Shown: positions 30,548-41,468, counted from the stretch's first letter. The stretch is DNA of 64,000 bases from Rhodocyclaceae bacterium (GCA_035530135.1 DATKVJ010000155.1:35020-99019), one strand, 5' to 3'. Translations and numbers: made by a program. Notes: a model not told the origin generated them from the sequence alone.

Positions 30548-31187
30548 ACTGATCGTATTCGACTGGGACGGCACCCTGATGGACTCGGCTGGCGCCATCG
30601 TCGCCGCGATCCAGGCGGCCTGCAGGGATCTCGACGTAGAGCCGCCCTCTGACGCGCGGGCGCGCCACATCATCGGCCTGGGCCTGAACGATGCGCTGGC
30701 CAATGCCCTGCCCGATCTTCAGCCGGCGCGCTATCGCGCCTTGGCGGAGCGCTACCGTTACCACTACCTGGCCGGGGACGGCGAGTTGAGCCTGTTCGAG
30801 GGCATCGAGGCGCTGGTGGCCGGACTGGCGGCATCGGGCCATCGGCTGGGCGTGGCCACCGGCAAGAGCCGCAACGGGCTCGACCGGGCGCTGGCCGCGA
30901 GCGGTCTGGCCGGGTGTTTCCAAGCCACGCGCTGCGCCGACGAATGCCACTCCAAGCCGCATCCGCAGATGCTCCATGAGCTGATGGACGAGTTTGCCGT
31001 GCCGGCCGCTCGGACGCTGATGATCGGCGACACCACGCACGACCTTAAAATGGCGCAAAACGCCGGCGTCGGCGCCTTGGCCGTGGCTTACGGCGCCCAC
31101 CCGCGCGCGGAGCTGGTGGCCGAACAGCCACTGTATTGCGCCGGCAGCGTCGCCGAACTGCAGGCATGGCTGTCCCGACACGCCTGA
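30534..31187 (+). CDS. HAD-superfamily hydrolase (phosphoglycolate phosphatase-like)
   Basis: It has the DxD motif FDWDGTL, VATGKSR and the GDTTHD motif. A TTG start at 30534 follows a GGGAG RBS; the ORF opens at 30498. Confidence 0.8.
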   Translation: MNRFELIVFDWDGTLMDSAGAIVAAIQAACRDLDVEPPSDARARHIIGLGLNDALANALPDLQPARYRALAERYRYHYLAGDGELSLFEGIEALVAGLAASGHRLGVATGKSRNGLDRALAASGLAGCFQATRCADECHSKPHPQMLHELMDEFAVPAARTLMIGDTTHDLKMAQNAGVGALAVAYGAHPRAELVAEQPLYCAGSVAELQAWLSRHA

Positions 31188-31513
31188 TCTGCAGCGGCGG
31201 GGAATTGGTCGAGGGCGGCCGTGGCGTGCGCTTTGACATCGAGCGCCATGGCGTCACCGAACCCTGCTTCGTCGTCCGTTACCGCGGCGAGGTGCGCGCC
31301 TTCCTGAATCGTTGCGGTCATATGCCGGTCGAGCTGGACTGGCAGCCAGGCGAGTTTTTCGATGCTTCCGGTTTATACTTGATTTGCGCGACGCATGGCG
31401 CACTCTACGCCCCCGCAGACGGTCGCTGTCTCCACGGGCGGTGCAACGGCAAGGGATTGCAGCCCCTCGCCGTATGTGAAATCGATGGACAGATCTTTTT
31501 GAAAGAAACATAG
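31166..31513 (+). CDS. Rieske (2Fe-2S) domain protein
   Basis: Contains CGH (NRCGHMP) and CxxH (CATHGALY) Rieske ligands, about 115 aa. Confidence 0.75.
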   Translation: MAVPTRLICSGGELVEGGRGVRFDIERHGVTEPCFVVRYRGEVRAFLNRCGHMPVELDWQPGEFFDASGLYLICATHGALYAPADGRCLHGRCNGKGLQPLAVCEIDGQIFLKET

Positions 31514-31518
31514 CCGCG

Positions 31519-32466
31519 ATGGAAACCCCGCAGAACCAAGCCCAATGGGAACGCAGCGTCCTGGAAAAAATTGCCCTCGAAGGCCTCGTCGAGCAGCGCC
31601 GCCGCCGTCGCTGGGGCATCTTCTTCAAGCTGCTGGGCTTCATCTACCTCGGCGTGATCCTGGCCTATGTGGTCGATTGGGGCCGGCCGGCGGACAAGCT
31701 GGGCGACGGTGGTCACACCGCGCTGGTGCAACTCAACGGGGTGATCCGAGCCAAGGGCGACGCCAGCGCCGATAGCGTCATCAGCGGCCTGCAGGCCGCC
31801 TTCGAGGACAAGGGCACGAAGGGCGTCATCCTGCGCATCAACAGCCCGGGCGGCAGTCCGGTGCAGTCGGGCATCATCAATGACGAGATATGGCGTCTGC
31901 GCGCCCTGCATCCGAACATTCCGCTGTATGTGGTGGTCGAAGACATCTGCGCTTCCGGCGGCTATTACGTCGCCTCCGCGGCGAACAAGATCTTCGTGGA
32001 CAAGGCCAGCATCGTCGGCTCGATCGGCGTGCTGATGGACGGCTTCGGGTTTACCGGGACCATGGAGAAGCTGGGGGTCGAGCGGCGCCTGCTGACCGCC
32101 GGCAAATACAAGGGCTTTCTCGACCCGTTCTCGCCCCAGGACGCGCAGCAAAAGGCCTATGCCCAGATGATGCTCGACGACATCCACCAGCAATTCATCG
32201 ATGCGGTCAGGAAGGGCCGCGGCAAGCGGCTCAAGGAGACGCCGGAGACGTTCTCCGGCCTGATGTGGACCGGCGCCAAGAGCATCGAAATGGGACTGGC
32301 CGACGGTTATGGCACGGTCGATTCGGTGGCCCGGGACGTCATTAAGGCCGACGAGGTCCGCGATTACACGGTGAAGCAAAATCTTGCCGAGAAATTCGCC
32401 AAGCAGATCGGGGCCCAGGTGTCCGAGGGCGTGGTCAACGCGCTGACCCGGATGACACTGCGCTGA
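31519..32466 (+). CDS. sppA: Signal peptide peptidase SppA, 36K type (S49)
   Basis: 315 aa with an N-terminal TM, INSPGGSPVQS and ASGGYY motifs. Confidence 0.85.
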   Translation: METPQNQAQWERSVLEKIALEGLVEQRRRRRWGIFFKLLGFIYLGVILAYVVDWGRPADKLGDGGHTALVQLNGVIRAKGDASADSVISGLQAAFEDKGTKGVILRINSPGGSPVQSGIINDEIWRLRALHPNIPLYVVVEDICASGGYYVASAANKIFVDKASIVGSIGVLMDGFGFTGTMEKLGVERRLLTAGKYKGFLDPFSPQDAQQKAYAQMMLDDIHQQFIDAVRKGRGKRLKETPETFSGLMWTGAKSIEMGLADGYGTVDSVARDVIKADEVRDYTVKQNLAEKFAKQIGAQVSEGVVNALTRMTLR

Positions 32467-32479
32467 GGGTAGGCCGACC

Positions 32480-33079
32480 TCAGGGCAGGGGGATTCCAGC
32501 GGCGCGCAGCATCCGGCAAAGTGCGATCAGCGGCAGGCCGACTAGGGCATTGGGGTCGTCGCCCCGCATCGATTCGATCAGCGCGATGCCCAGTCCCTCC
32601 GACTTGGCGCTGCCGGCGCAGTTGAGCGCGTCTTCGCGGTCGAGGTAGCGCCCGATCTCGGCGTCGCTGAGCTGACGGAAGCGCACCTCGGTGGGCACGC
32701 CGCACAGCTGCACCCGACCGCTGGCGCTATCGAGCAGGCACAGGCCGGTGTGGAAGATCACCGTTTGCCCGCGCATCGCCTGCAGCTGGGCGAAGGCTCT
32801 GGCGCGGGTATGGGGTTTGCCGTAGCGCTCCCCGCCGCAGTAAGCGACCTGATCGCTGCCGATGATCAGGGCGCTGGGAAAACGAACCGCCACCGCCTGT
32901 GCCTTCTCCTGCGCCAGCCTCTCGGCGGTCGCGGTGGGAGCCTCCCCAGGCAGGACGGTCTCGTCCACCTCGGGCGCGGCCGTCGCGAAGGGCAGTTGCA
33001 GCCGTCCGAGCAGCTCGCGCCGGAACGGCGAGGTCGAGGCGAGCACGAGGCTCGGGGCGGGGGCTGTCAGCAGATTCAT
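32480..33079 (-). CDS. maf: Maf-like nucleoside triphosphate pyrophosphatase (YceF type)
   Basis: 199 aa with [14 protein letters not shown] and IIGSDQV motifs. It diverges from yceD-rpmF-plsX, as in many proteobacteria. Confidence 0.85.
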   Translation of the reverse strand: MNLLTAPAPSLVLASTSPFRRELLGRLQLPFATAAPEVDETVLPGEAPTATAERLAQEKAQAVAVRFPSALIIGSDQVAYCGGERYGKPHTRARAFAQLQAMRGQTVIFHTGLCLLDSASGRVQLCGVPTEVRFRQLSDAEIGRYLDREDALNCAGSAKSEGLGIALIESMRGDDPNALVGLPLIALCRMLRAAGIPLP

Positions 33080-33126
33080 GGCGTGGCTTTGACTGGAAAA
33101 GGGAAAAATAATATCATTAGCGGTTT

Positions 33127-33633
33127 ATGTCGCGACAGGGAATGAGGCAGATCGCAGGTATTGCCGTCGACAGCCTCGCATTTGCGCGCGAAGGACGGCA
33201 CCTGATCGGGGAATTGGCCGTGAATGAGTTGCCGCGCCTCGCCGATGCGCTGGCAGACGACGATGCCGGGGCGTTGGCTTGCGATGTGAGCGGTGGACGC
33301 AACGAAGCGGGAAAGTTGTATCTGCGACTCATGATCACGGGCGAACTGCGCTTGAGGTGTCAACGTTGTCTTGAAGCGATGTCGTTTCCGCTGGCGATCG
33401 ACAGCCGCGTGCTGCTGGTGCCGCCGGGTGCGCCATGGCCCGACGAGACGCTCGAGGACGACAGCGCCGACGCGATCGACGCCCTGGACCAGCAGTCCGT
33501 TGCCGAACTGGTCGAGGAAGAGTTGTTGCTGGCCCTGCCGGTCGCGCCGCGCCATGATGCCTGTGGCCTGCCCGGCGGCGAACGGAACGACGGCGCTGCT
33601 TCGCCGTTCGCGGTGCTGGCAAAGCTGAAGTAG
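33127..33633 (+). CDS. yceD: YceD family (DUF177) protein
   Basis: 168 aa with the RCQRCLE...motif, directly upstream of rpmF. Confidence 0.8.
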   Translation: MSRQGMRQIAGIAVDSLAFAREGRHLIGELAVNELPRLADALADDDAGALACDVSGGRNEAGKLYLRLMITGELRLRCQRCLEAMSFPLAIDSRVLLVPPGAPWPDETLEDDSADAIDALDQQSVAELVEEELLLALPVAPRHDACGLPGGERNDGAASPFAVLAKLK

Positions 33634-33676
33634 CGAATCTGAAGCGATATCGAACGATTATTGAAGGAGCATCAAA

Positions 33677-33856
33677 ATGGCTGTCCAGCAGAACAAGAAA
33701 TCCCCCTCCAAGCGCGGCATGCGTCGCGCCCACGATTTCCTCGTTGCGCCGCCGCTGGCGGTCGAGCCGACCACGGGCGAAGTGCATCTGCGGCATCACA
33801 TCAGCCCCAGCGGCTACTATCGCGGCAAGAAGGTGCTCGCGACCAAGGGCGAGTAA
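33677..33856 (+). CDS. rpmF: 50S ribosomal protein L32
   Basis: Not in the ORF track (59 aa). My translation is [59 protein letters not shown], with a GAAGGAG RBS upstream. Confidence 0.9.
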   Translation: MAVQQNKKSPSKRGMRRAHDFLVAPPLAVEPTTGEVHLRHHISPSGYYRGKKVLATKGE

Positions 33857-33930
33857 TTTCGCCTGCGGCGGAGTGAGGCGCTGCGCTTCGACTCATCTCC
33901 GCCTCACCCCGTTTCAGTCCCCACCCTCCG

Positions 33931-34944
33931 ATGGCGGTTACCCTCGCAATCGACTGCATGGGCGGCGACCATGGCCCCGCGGTCACGGTCCCGGCCGCGC
34001 TCGATTTCCTGCGTCGCGATCCAGACTGCTCGGTCATCCTGGTCGGCCGGCAGGAGGTATTGCAGCCTCTGCTCGGCAAAGCTCAGGCGGGGTTCGGGGA
34101 GCGGCTGCGCCTTACCCACGCCAGCGAAACGGTGGCGATGGATGAACCGATTGCCTCCGCCTTGCGCATCAAGAAAGATTCCTCGATGCGCGTCGCCGCC
34201 GAACTGGTCAAGAACGGCGAGGCCCAGGCGGCGGTGTCCGCCGGCAACACCGCGGCGCTGATGGCGATCTCCCGTTTCGTCCTGAAGACCCTGCCCGGCA
34301 TCGAACGGCCGGCGATCGCCAGCATCGTCCCGACGCTCAATCGCTACACCTACCTGCTGGACCTCGGCGCCAACGTCGATTGTCAGCCTGAGCATCTGCT
34401 GCAGTTTGCTATCATGGGCGCTATGCTTTTCTCCGCACTGGAACACAAGGAACGGCCCAGCGTCGGTCTGCTCAATATCGGCGAAGAGGCGATCAAGGGC
34501 AACGAGGCGGTCAAGCGCGCCGGTGAATTGCTGAAGGACAGCGGCCTCAATTTCTATGGCAATGTCGAGGGCGACGACATCTACAAGGGCACGGTCGACG
34601 TGGTCGTCTGCGACGGCTTCGTCGGCAACGTCGCGCTCAAGGCCTCTGAAGGCCTGGCGCACATGATCAGCGCGGCGCTGCGCGAGGAATTCAAGCGGAA
34701 TCTGCTGACCCGCCTGGCGGCATTGGTGGCGCTGCCGGTGCTCAATTCCTTCAAGCGCCGCTTCGATCCCCGCCGCTACAACGGCGGCAGCCTGCTTGGC
34801 CTCAAGGGCATCGTGGTCAAGAGCCACGGCTCGGCCGACGCGCTGGCGTTTTTCTGCGCCCTGGAACGCGCCGCGGAGGCCGCCCGCAACAAGCTGCCCG
34901 AACGCATCGCCGCCCGCATGGCGCAACTGACGGCCCCGACATGA
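33931..34944 (+). CDS. plsX: Phosphate acyltransferase PlsX
   Basis: 337 aa with [16 protein letters not shown] and [10 protein letters not shown] motifs. Confidence 0.95.
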   Translation: MAVTLAIDCMGGDHGPAVTVPAALDFLRRDPDCSVILVGRQEVLQPLLGKAQAGFGERLRLTHASETVAMDEPIASALRIKKDSSMRVAAELVKNGEAQAAVSAGNTAALMAISRFVLKTLPGIERPAIASIVPTLNRYTYLLDLGANVDCQPEHLLQFAIMGAMLFSALEHKERPSVGLLNIGEEAIKGNEAVKRAGELLKDSGLNFYGNVEGDDIYKGTVDVVVCDGFVGNVALKASEGLAHMISAALREEFKRNLLTRLAALVALPVLNSFKRRFDPRRYNGGSLLGLKGIVVKSHGSADALAFFCALERAAEAARNKLPERIAARMAQLTAPT

Positions 34945-35921
34945 CAATTCTTTCCCGCATCATCGGCACCGGCAGCTATCTGCCTGGCGCGCCGGTCAGC
35001 AACGATCAACTGGTGGCCGATCTGGCTGCGCGCGGCGTCGCTACCTCGGACGAATGGATCACCGAGCGCACCGGCATCCGCGCCCGTCACCTGGCGCCCG
35101 AGGGCGTCACCTGCAGCGATCTGGCGCTGGAGGCCAGCCGGCGTGCGCTCGCTGCGGCCGGCAAGGCACCAGACGACATCGACCTGATCATCCTCGCCAC
35201 CTCGACGCCGGACATGGTCTTCCCCAGCGCGGCTGCGCTGCTCCAGGACAAACTCGGGATCAGGAATGGCGCCGCGGCTTTCGACGTCCAGGCGGTGTGC
35301 AGCGGTTTCATCTATGCTTTGGCGATCGCCGAGAAATTTATCCGCTCGGGCTCCCACCGCCGCGCCCTGGTGGTCGGCGCCGAGGTGTTTTCGCGCATCC
35401 TCGACTGGAACGACCGCGGCACCTGCGTGCTGTTCGGCGACGGCGCCGGCGCGGTGGTACTGGAAGCCAGCGACACCCCTGGAGTTCTGTCCACAGCTCT
35501 GCACGCCGACGGCAGCTACAACGCCATCCTCTCGGTGCCCGGACAGGTCTGCGGCGGCCGGGTGATCGGCACGCCCTTCCTGCAGATGGAGGGCCAGGCG
35601 GTGTTCAAATTCGCGGTCAGGGTACTGCACGAGGTCGCGAACGAGGTTCTGGCGCAGGCCGGCATGACGATAGATCAGGTCGATTGGCTGATTCCCCACC
35701 AGGCCAACATCCGCATTCTCCATTCAACCGCCAAGAAACTCGGATTGCCGGCCGAGCGCGTCATCATCACCGTCGAGCGCCACGGCAATACCTCGGCCGC
35801 TTCTATCCCGCTCGCCCTCGACGAGGCGGTGCGCAGCGGCAGGATCCGTCCGGGCGACACGCTGCTGCTCGAAGGCGTCGGCGGCGGTTTCACCTGGGGC
35901 GCGGTGCTGCTCAAGTTCTGA
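34941..35921 (+). CDS. fabH: Beta-ketoacyl-ACP synthase III
   Basis: 326 aa with active-site AACSGF-like [12 protein letters not shown] and GGG motifs. It has an ATGA overlap with plsX. Confidence 0.95.
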   Translation: MTILSRIIGTGSYLPGAPVSNDQLVADLAARGVATSDEWITERTGIRARHLAPEGVTCSDLALEASRRALAAAGKAPDDIDLIILATSTPDMVFPSAAALLQDKLGIRNGAAAFDVQAVCSGFIYALAIAEKFIRSGSHRRALVVGAEVFSRILDWNDRGTCVLFGDGAGAVVLEASDTPGVLSTALHADGSYNAILSVPGQVCGGRVIGTPFLQMEGQAVFKFAVRVLHEVANEVLAQAGMTIDQVDWLIPHQANIRILHSTAKKLGLPAERVIITVERHGNTSAASIPLALDEAVRSGRIRPGDTLLLEGVGGGFTWGAVLLKF

Positions 35922-35937
35922 GCGCAGGGAGTTCGCT

Positions 35938-36870
35938 ATGAAATTTGCACTGGTATTTCCCGGGCAGGGCTCGCAGTCGCTCGGCATGATGGATGCCTAT
36001 GGCGACCACGAGGTGCTGCGCGAAACCTTCGCCGAGGCCTCCGCCGCGCTCGGCCGCGACCTCTGGCAACTGGCCAGCGAGGGCCCGGCCGAGGCGCAGA
36101 ACCAGACCATCAACACCCAGCCGCTGATGCTCACCGCCGGCGTCGCCGTGTATCGCCTCTGGCGGACCCTGGGTGGCCCCGAGCCGGCACTGGTCGCCGG
36201 CCACAGCCTCGGCGAATATTCGGCGCTGGTGGCGGCGGGCGTGCTGGACTTCAAGGATGCCGTGCCGCTGGTCGAACTGCGCGCCCGGGCGATGCAGGAG
36301 GCGGTGCCGGCCGGCGAGGGGGCGATGGCGGCGATTCTCGGCCTGGACGCCGGCCAGGTCAAGGCCGCCTGCGCCGAGAGCGGCGAGGGGCAGGTGGTCG
36401 AGGCGGTGAATTTCAACGCCCCCGAACAGATCGTCATCGCCGGCCACGCCGCGGCGATCGAACGCGCGGCCGCCGCCTGCAAGGCCAGGGGCGCCAAGCG
36501 CGCGCTGCTCCTGCCGGTTTCCGCTCCCTTCCATTGCTCGCTGATGCAGCCGGCGGCGGAACGATTGCGGAAGCGGCTGTCCGAGCTGGATTTCTCGGCG
36601 CCCAGGATTGCACTGGTGAACAACGTCGACGCCGCCTGTCTCACCGATCCGGCGGCGATCAAGGATGCCCTGGTGCGCCAGGCAGCGTCGCCGGTGCGCT
36701 GGGTCGAAACGATGCGGTTGCTGGCGGCGCAAGGCGCCAGTCACGTCTACGAGTGCGGTCCAGGCAAGGTGCTGGCTGGGCTCGTCAAGCGCTGCGCCGA
36801 CGGCTTGGTCGGCGGGGCGATGGCCGATCTCGTCGGTATTGAGGCGGCGCTCGCCGCGGTCAAGGGATAA
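35938..36870 (+). CDS. fabD: Malonyl-CoA-ACP transacylase
   Basis: 310 aa with FPGQGSQ and the GHSLGEYSAL active site. Confidence 0.95.
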   Translation: MKFALVFPGQGSQSLGMMDAYGDHEVLRETFAEASAALGRDLWQLASEGPAEAQNQTINTQPLMLTAGVAVYRLWRTLGGPEPALVAGHSLGEYSALVAAGVLDFKDAVPLVELRARAMQEAVPAGEGAMAAILGLDAGQVKAACAESGEGQVVEAVNFNAPEQIVIAGHAAAIERAAAACKARGAKRALLLPVSAPFHCSLMQPAAERLRKRLSELDFSAPRIALVNNVDAACLTDPAAIKDALVRQAASPVRWVETMRLLAAQGASHVYECGPGKVLAGLVKRCADGLVGGAMADLVGIEAALAAVKG

Positions 36871-36880
36871 GGAGCTGGTC

Positions 36881-37645
36881 ATGGTGGAAGAGACGCAACG
36901 GGGTCCGCTGGCGGGGCAGGTCGCGCTGGTCACCGGCGCTTCACGCGGCATCGGCCGCGCCATTGCGTTGGAACTGGGCGGCCAGGGCGCAACCGTGGTC
37001 GGTACCGCGACCACCGAGGGCGGTGCCGCCGCCATCCAGGCAGCGCTGGATGCTGCCGGCTGCAAGGGTTGGGGTGCAGCGCTCGACGTCACCGACGCCG
37101 GTGCCTGTGAGGCCCTGCTGGCGGAGATCGAGAAGCGGTACGGCGCCGTCGCGATCCTGGTGAATAACGCCGGCATCACCCGCGACAACCTCGCCATGCG
37201 CATGAAGGACGAGGAGTGGAACGATGTCATCGGCACCAATCTCACCGCCGTCTTCCGGCTCTCCCGGCGGGTGATGCGCGGCATGATGAAGGTGCGTCAC
37301 GGCCGCATCATCAACATCACCTCGGTGGTCGGCAGTTCGGGCAATCCGGGCCAGGCCAACTACGCCGCCGCCAAGGCCGGCGTCGCCGGCCTGACGCGGG
37401 CGCTGGCCCAAGAACTGGGCAGCCGCAACATCACCGTCAACTGCGTCGCTCCGGGCTTCATCGACACCGACATGACCAAGTCGCTGCCCGAGGTCCAGCG
37501 CGCAGCCTTACTCGCCAAGATCCCCCTCGGCAGGCTCGGCGAGGCCGCTGAAATCGCTGCCGCCGTGGTCTTCCTCGCCGGCCCGGGATCCAGCTATATC
37601 ACTGGTTCCGTGCTGCACGTCAATGGCGGAATGTACATGAGTTGA
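36881..37645 (+). CDS. fabG: 3-oxoacyl-ACP reductase
   Basis: Start at MVEETQRG after a GGAG RBS. It carries TGASRGIGRAIA, NNAGI and YAAAKAG SDR motifs. Confidence 0.95.
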   Translation: MVEETQRGPLAGQVALVTGASRGIGRAIALELGGQGATVVGTATTEGGAAAIQAALDAAGCKGWGAALDVTDAGACEALLAEIEKRYGAVAILVNNAGITRDNLAMRMKDEEWNDVIGTNLTAVFRLSRRVMRGMMKVRHGRIINITSVVGSSGNPGQANYAAAKAGVAGLTRALAQELGSRNITVNCVAPGFIDTDMTKSLPEVQRAALLAKIPLGRLGEAAEIAAAVVFLAGPGSSYITGSVLHVNGGMYMS

Positions 37646-37668
37646 TTCGGGCCTCGTGGGTGCGTTTC

Positions 37669-37677
37669 TGTTAAAAT
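37669..37677 (+). promoter_or_regulatory. Extended -10 element (TGtTAAAAT), candidate acpP promoter
   Basis: Read directly, 48 nt upstream of the acpP ATG. There is no good -35 box. Confidence 0.3.
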
Positions 37678-37724
37678 GCCGAAGTTTTTGTCACTACAGC
37701 CGATAACCAGGGAAGGAGCAACAC

Positions 37725-37964
37725 ATGGAGAACATCGAACAACGCGTCAAGAAAATCGTTGCCGAGCAGTTGGGCGTCAATGAGTCTGAGATCAAGAGCG
37801 ATTCCTCCTTCGTCGATGACCTCGGTGCCGACTCGCTCGACACCGTCGAACTGGTGATGGCTCTCGAAGAGGAATTCGAGTGTGAGATTCCGGACGAGGA
37901 TGCCGAGAAGATCACCAGCGTGCAGCAGGCGATCGACTACGTCAGCGCCCACGTCAAGAAATAA
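37725..37964 (+). CDS. acpP: Acyl carrier protein
   Basis: 79 aa with the [19 protein letters not shown] phosphopantetheine site. Confidence 0.97.
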   Translation: MENIEQRVKKIVAEQLGVNESEIKSDSSFVDDLGADSLDTVELVMALEEEFECEIPDEDAEKITSVQQAIDYVSAHVKK

Positions 37965-37987
37965 TTTACGCAACCTGGGAGTCCAAC

Positions 37988-39226
37988 TTGTCGCGTCGCA
38001 GAGTCGTCGTCACCGGCCTGGGGATCATTTCTCCGGTCGGCAATACGGTCCTTGAAGCCTGGGAAAATATCCTCGCCGGGCGTTCCGGCATCGGTCCGAT
38101 CACGCGTTTTGACGCCTCGGCTTTCAGCGCGAGAATCGCCGGCGAGGTCAAGAACTTCGACGTGACGGCCTACCTCTCCGCGAAGGAGGCGCGCCGCATG
38201 GATACCTTCATCCATTACGGTATGGCGGCTGGAATCCAGGCGTTCAAGGATTCGGGCCTCGAGGTCAGGCCCGAGAACGCCGAGCGCTTCGGCGTCAATA
38301 TCGGTGCCGGCATCGGCGGCCTGGCCTTGATCGAAGAGACGCACAATGATTTTCTCGCGCAGGGGGCGCGCAAGATCTCGCCCTTTTTCATTCCCGGCAC
38401 GATCATCAACATGATCGCCGGCAACCTGTCGATCATGTTTGGGCTGAAGGGTCCGAATCTGGCAATGGTCACCGCCTGTACCACGGCGACGCATTGCATC
38501 GGCGAATCCGCGCGGATCATCGAGTACGGCGACGCCGACGTGATGGTCTGCGGCGGCGCCGAGTCTTCGGTGACGCCCCTGGCGATCGGCGGTTTTGCTT
38601 CTGCGAGGGCGCTATCCACCCGCAACGATGATCCGGCCACCGCCAGCCGGCCCTGGGACAAGGACAGGGACGGCTTCGTGCTCGGGGAGGGCGCCGGCGT
38701 CATGGTGCTCGAGGAATACCAGCACGCCAGGGCGCGCGGTGCCAGAATTTACGCCGAGGTCGCCGGCTACGGCATGAGCGCGGACGCCCACCATATGACC
38801 GCGCCGGCCGCCGACGGCGACGGTGCCCGGCGTTGCATGATCAATGCACTGAAGAACGGCGGCATCAATCTCGACGAGGTCGATTACGTCAATGCCCACG
38901 GCACCTCGACGCCGCTGGGCGACCTGGCTGAAACCGTCGCGGTCAAGCGCTGCTTCGGCGATCACGCCAAGGCGTTGGTGGTGAACTCGACCAAGTCGAT
39001 GACCGGTCATCTGCTCGGCGCCGCCGGCGGGGTCGAGGCCATTTTCTCGACGCTGGCGCTGCATCACCAGGTGTCGCCGCCGACCATCAACATCTTCAAC
39101 CAGGATGAGGCGTGCGATCTCGACTATTGCGCCAACAGCGCGCGCCATATGGAAATCCGGGTCGCACTCTCCAACTCCTTCGGCTTCGGCGGCACCAACG
39201 GCACCCTGGCCCTGCGCCGGGTGTAG
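37988..39226 (+). CDS. fabF: Beta-ketoacyl-ACP synthase II
   Basis: 412 aa with a TTG start. It has the active-site ACTTATH plus HGTSTP and GHLLGAAG motifs. Confidence 0.95.
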   Translation: MSRRRVVVTGLGIISPVGNTVLEAWENILAGRSGIGPITRFDASAFSARIAGEVKNFDVTAYLSAKEARRMDTFIHYGMAAGIQAFKDSGLEVRPENAERFGVNIGAGIGGLALIEETHNDFLAQGARKISPFFIPGTIINMIAGNLSIMFGLKGPNLAMVTACTTATHCIGESARIIEYGDADVMVCGGAESSVTPLAIGGFASARALSTRNDDPATASRPWDKDRDGFVLGEGAGVMVLEEYQHARARGARIYAEVAGYGMSADAHHMTAPAADGDGARRCMINALKNGGINLDEVDYVNAHGTSTPLGDLAETVAVKRCFGDHAKALVVNSTKSMTGHLLGAAGGVEAIFSTLALHHQVSPPTINIFNQDEACDLDYCANSARHMEIRVALSNSFGFGGTNGTLALRRV

Positions 39227-39240
39227 CGCCCGGGGGCAGC

Positions 39241-39672
39241 ATGCAGCTGCCGCTCACACTCCCCCTGCGCCGGTCGCGGCGCCTGACCATCATGCTGGCC
39301 GTCGCGCACGCGCTGGCGGCTGCTACGGCCCTCTCCCTGTCCCTGCCCTGGGGGCTCAAGATCGTCCTGCTGGCGGCGATTATCGCGTCTGCTTGGCTCA
39401 GTCTGGTTCGGCTGACCGGTCCAAACAGAATCTGTCGCCTGACCCTGAGGGACGACGGCCGACTGGAGTTCGCACGCGTCGATGGTTCTTGCGGCGAGGC
39501 CCGCTTGCATCCGCAAACGACGGTCACGGCGTTCCTGTGCGTGCTGCTGCTGCGGGCTCAGGCTAGGGTCGAGGCGCTGGTACTCTTGCCCGATGCGCTG
39601 GCTGCAGAGGACTTCCGCCTGCTCCGGCTCTGGCTGCGCTGGCGCGCCGCGAGGAGCGACCTGGACTTGTAG
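39241..39672 (+). CDS. YgfX/CptA-like two-TM inner-membrane protein
   Basis: 143 aa starting MQLPLTLPLRRSRRLTIMLAVAHALAAATALSLSLPWGLKIVLLAAIIASAW..., then LRDDGRLEF....LLPDALAAEDFRLLRLWLRW. This mirrors the E. coli YgfX architecture as I recall it. Confidence 0.5.
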   Translation: MQLPLTLPLRRSRRLTIMLAVAHALAAATALSLSLPWGLKIVLLAAIIASAWLSLVRLTGPNRICRLTLRDDGRLEFARVDGSCGEARLHPQTTVTAFLCVLLLRAQARVEALVLLPDALAAEDFRLLRLWLRWRAARSDLDL

Positions 39673-39678
39673 GCCGGC

Positions 39679-41262
39679 CTATAGCCTGCGCGGCGGCTTC
39701 AACACGGTATCGCGCGCCCGCGCCAGGAGTTGCGGGTAGTCGCGGGAAAAGTGCAGACCCCGGCTCTCGCGCCGGCGCTGGGCGCAACTGACGATCAAGT
39801 GCGCGGTCAGCACCAGGTTCCTGAGTTCTATCAGGTCGTTGCTGACGCGGAAGTTGGCGTAGTACTCGTCGATCTCGCGCTCCAGCAGTCGGATCCGGTG
39901 TTGCGCGCGCGCGAGGCGTTTGTTGGTGCGCACGATGCCGACATAGTCCCACATGAAGCGGCGCAGTTCTTCCCAGTTGTGGGAGATGACGATCTCCTCG
40001 TCGGCATCCGCGACGCGGCTCTCGTCCCAGACCGGCAGTTCCGGCCGCGCCTGCTGCGGGGCGGCGAGGATGTCGGCCGCCGCCGCTTCGCTGAACACCA
40101 GGCATTCGAGCAGGGAATTGCTGGCGAGCCGGTTGGCGCCGTGCAGGCCGGTGCAGGCGCTCTCGCCGACGACGTAGAGGCCGGGAAGATCGCTCTTCGC
40201 GGCGAGGTCGGTGACGACGCCGCCGCAGGTGTAATGTGCCGCCGGCACCACCGGGATCGGTTCGCGGGTGAGGTCGATGCCGAATTCCAGACAGTGGGCG
40301 TGGATGTTCGGGAAGTGTTCGATCAGGAAATCGGCGCTCTTGTGGGTCATGTCGAGGTAGACGCAGTCGATGCCGCGTTTCTTCATCTCGAAGTCGATGG
40401 CGCGGGCGACCACGTCGCGCGGCGCCAGTTCGGCGCGCGGGTCGTGGGCGGGCATGAAGCGGGTGCCGTCGGGCAGGCGCAGGATGCCGCCTTCGCCGCG
40501 CAGCGCCTCGGAGATCAGGTAGGACTTGGCCTGCGGATGGTAGAGGCAGGTCGGGTGGAACTGCACGAACTCCATGTTGGCCACCCGGCAGCCGGCGCGC
40601 CAGGCCATGGCGATGCCGTCGCCCGTGGCGGTATCGGGATTGGTGGTGTAGAGATAGACCTTGCCGGCGCCGCCGGTGGCGAGCGCCGTCTGCGCCGCCG
40701 AGAAGGTGAGCACCCGGTCGCCGTCGATGTCGAGCACGTAGGCGCCGAGACAGCCGTGCTGCGGCGACTTGATCTTGTCGCCGGTGATCAGGTCGATCGC
40801 GATATGGCGCTCGAAGACGCTGATGTTGGCATGCCGCCGCACCTTCTGGGTCAGGGTTTCCTGCACCGCAGAGCCGGTGGCGTCGGCGACGTGGATCACG
40901 CGCCGCTGGCTGTGGCCACCCTCGCGCGTCAGGTGATAGCCCAGGCTGGTATGTTCGTCCCGCGTGAACCGTACCCCTTCCCCGATCAGCCAGTCGACGG
41001 CGGTGCGGCCATGCTCGACGACGAAGCGCGTGGCCGCCGGATTGCACAAACCGGCGCCGGCGGTCAGCGTATCCGCGACGTGGGCGTCGATGGAATCTGC
41101 GCTGTCGAGCACCGCGGCGATGCCGCCCTGGGCCCAGCCCGAGGCCGAATCTTCCAGCGCGCTCTTGGTGACCAGAGCCACCCGGCGATGGTCGGCCAGA
41201 CGCAGCGCCAGTGACTGGCCGGCCAGGCCGCTGCCGAGAATCAGGACATCGAAATTGTTCAT
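39679..41262 (-). CDS. nadB: L-aspartate oxidase
   Basis: 527 aa with [17 protein letters not shown], the RHxxxxGG-like flavoprotein motifs and HYTCGGV. Confidence 0.95.
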   Translation of the reverse strand: MNNFDVLILGSGLAGQSLALRLADHRRVALVTKSALEDSASGWAQGGIAAVLDSADSIDAHVADTLTAGAGLCNPAATRFVVEHGRTAVDWLIGEGVRFTRDEHTSLGYHLTREGGHSQRRVIHVADATGSAVQETLTQKVRRHANISVFERHIAIDLITGDKIKSPQHGCLGAYVLDIDGDRVLTFSAAQTALATGGAGKVYLYTTNPDTATGDGIAMAWRAGCRVANMEFVQFHPTCLYHPQAKSYLISEALRGEGGILRLPDGTRFMPAHDPRAELAPRDVVARAIDFEMKKRGIDCVYLDMTHKSADFLIEHFPNIHAHCLEFGIDLTREPIPVVPAAHYTCGGVVTDLAAKSDLPGLYVVGESACTGLHGANRLASNSLLECLVFSEAAAADILAAPQQARPELPVWDESRVADADEEIVISHNWEELRRFMWDYVGIVRTNKRLARAQHRIRLLEREIDEYYANFRVSNDLIELRNLVLTAHLIVSCAQRRRESRGLHFSRDYPQLLARARDTVLKPPRRL

Positions 41263-41330
41263 GTGTAAGTGATTTTGTCGGGCGGGACGGGGCCAAAACT
41301 ATATCACGAGCGCCGGCGCTGCCGACGCGG

Positions 41331-41420
41331 CGGATGCCCCTCTTGGCGACTGAACCATTCCGAAACCGGGTTGTCTTCTGGTTGTGGGTTGTTTGCCAGC
41401 GGCGGCCTCCTTGGGGCGAC
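41331..41420 (+). repeat. Possible degenerate third copy of the era/acpS-downstream intergenic element
   Basis: It shares GTCTTC-TGGTTGTGG..TTTGCC with copy A (GGCTTCCTGGTGGTGGCTTGCC). It shares GTTTGCCA-N6/7-GCCTCCT-N-GG with copy B. The 5' blocks are poorly conserved. Confidence 0.3.
41351..41378 (+). promoter_or_regulatory. Candidate sigma-E-type autoregulatory promoter of rpoE
   Basis: TGAACCA-N16-TCTTC compared with the E. coli rpoE P2 GGAACTT-N16-TCTAA. The match is partial only. Confidence 0.3.
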
Positions 41421-41438
41421 ATCGGCATCGGGTATACT
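41411..41438 (+). promoter_or_regulatory. Candidate sigma-70 promoter of rpoE
   Basis: TTGGGG-N16-TATACT, with the -10 box ending 30 nt upstream of the rpoE ATG. Confidence 0.35.
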
Positions 41439-41468
41439 CGGATCACCGGAACTCGAACGATAATCGCA

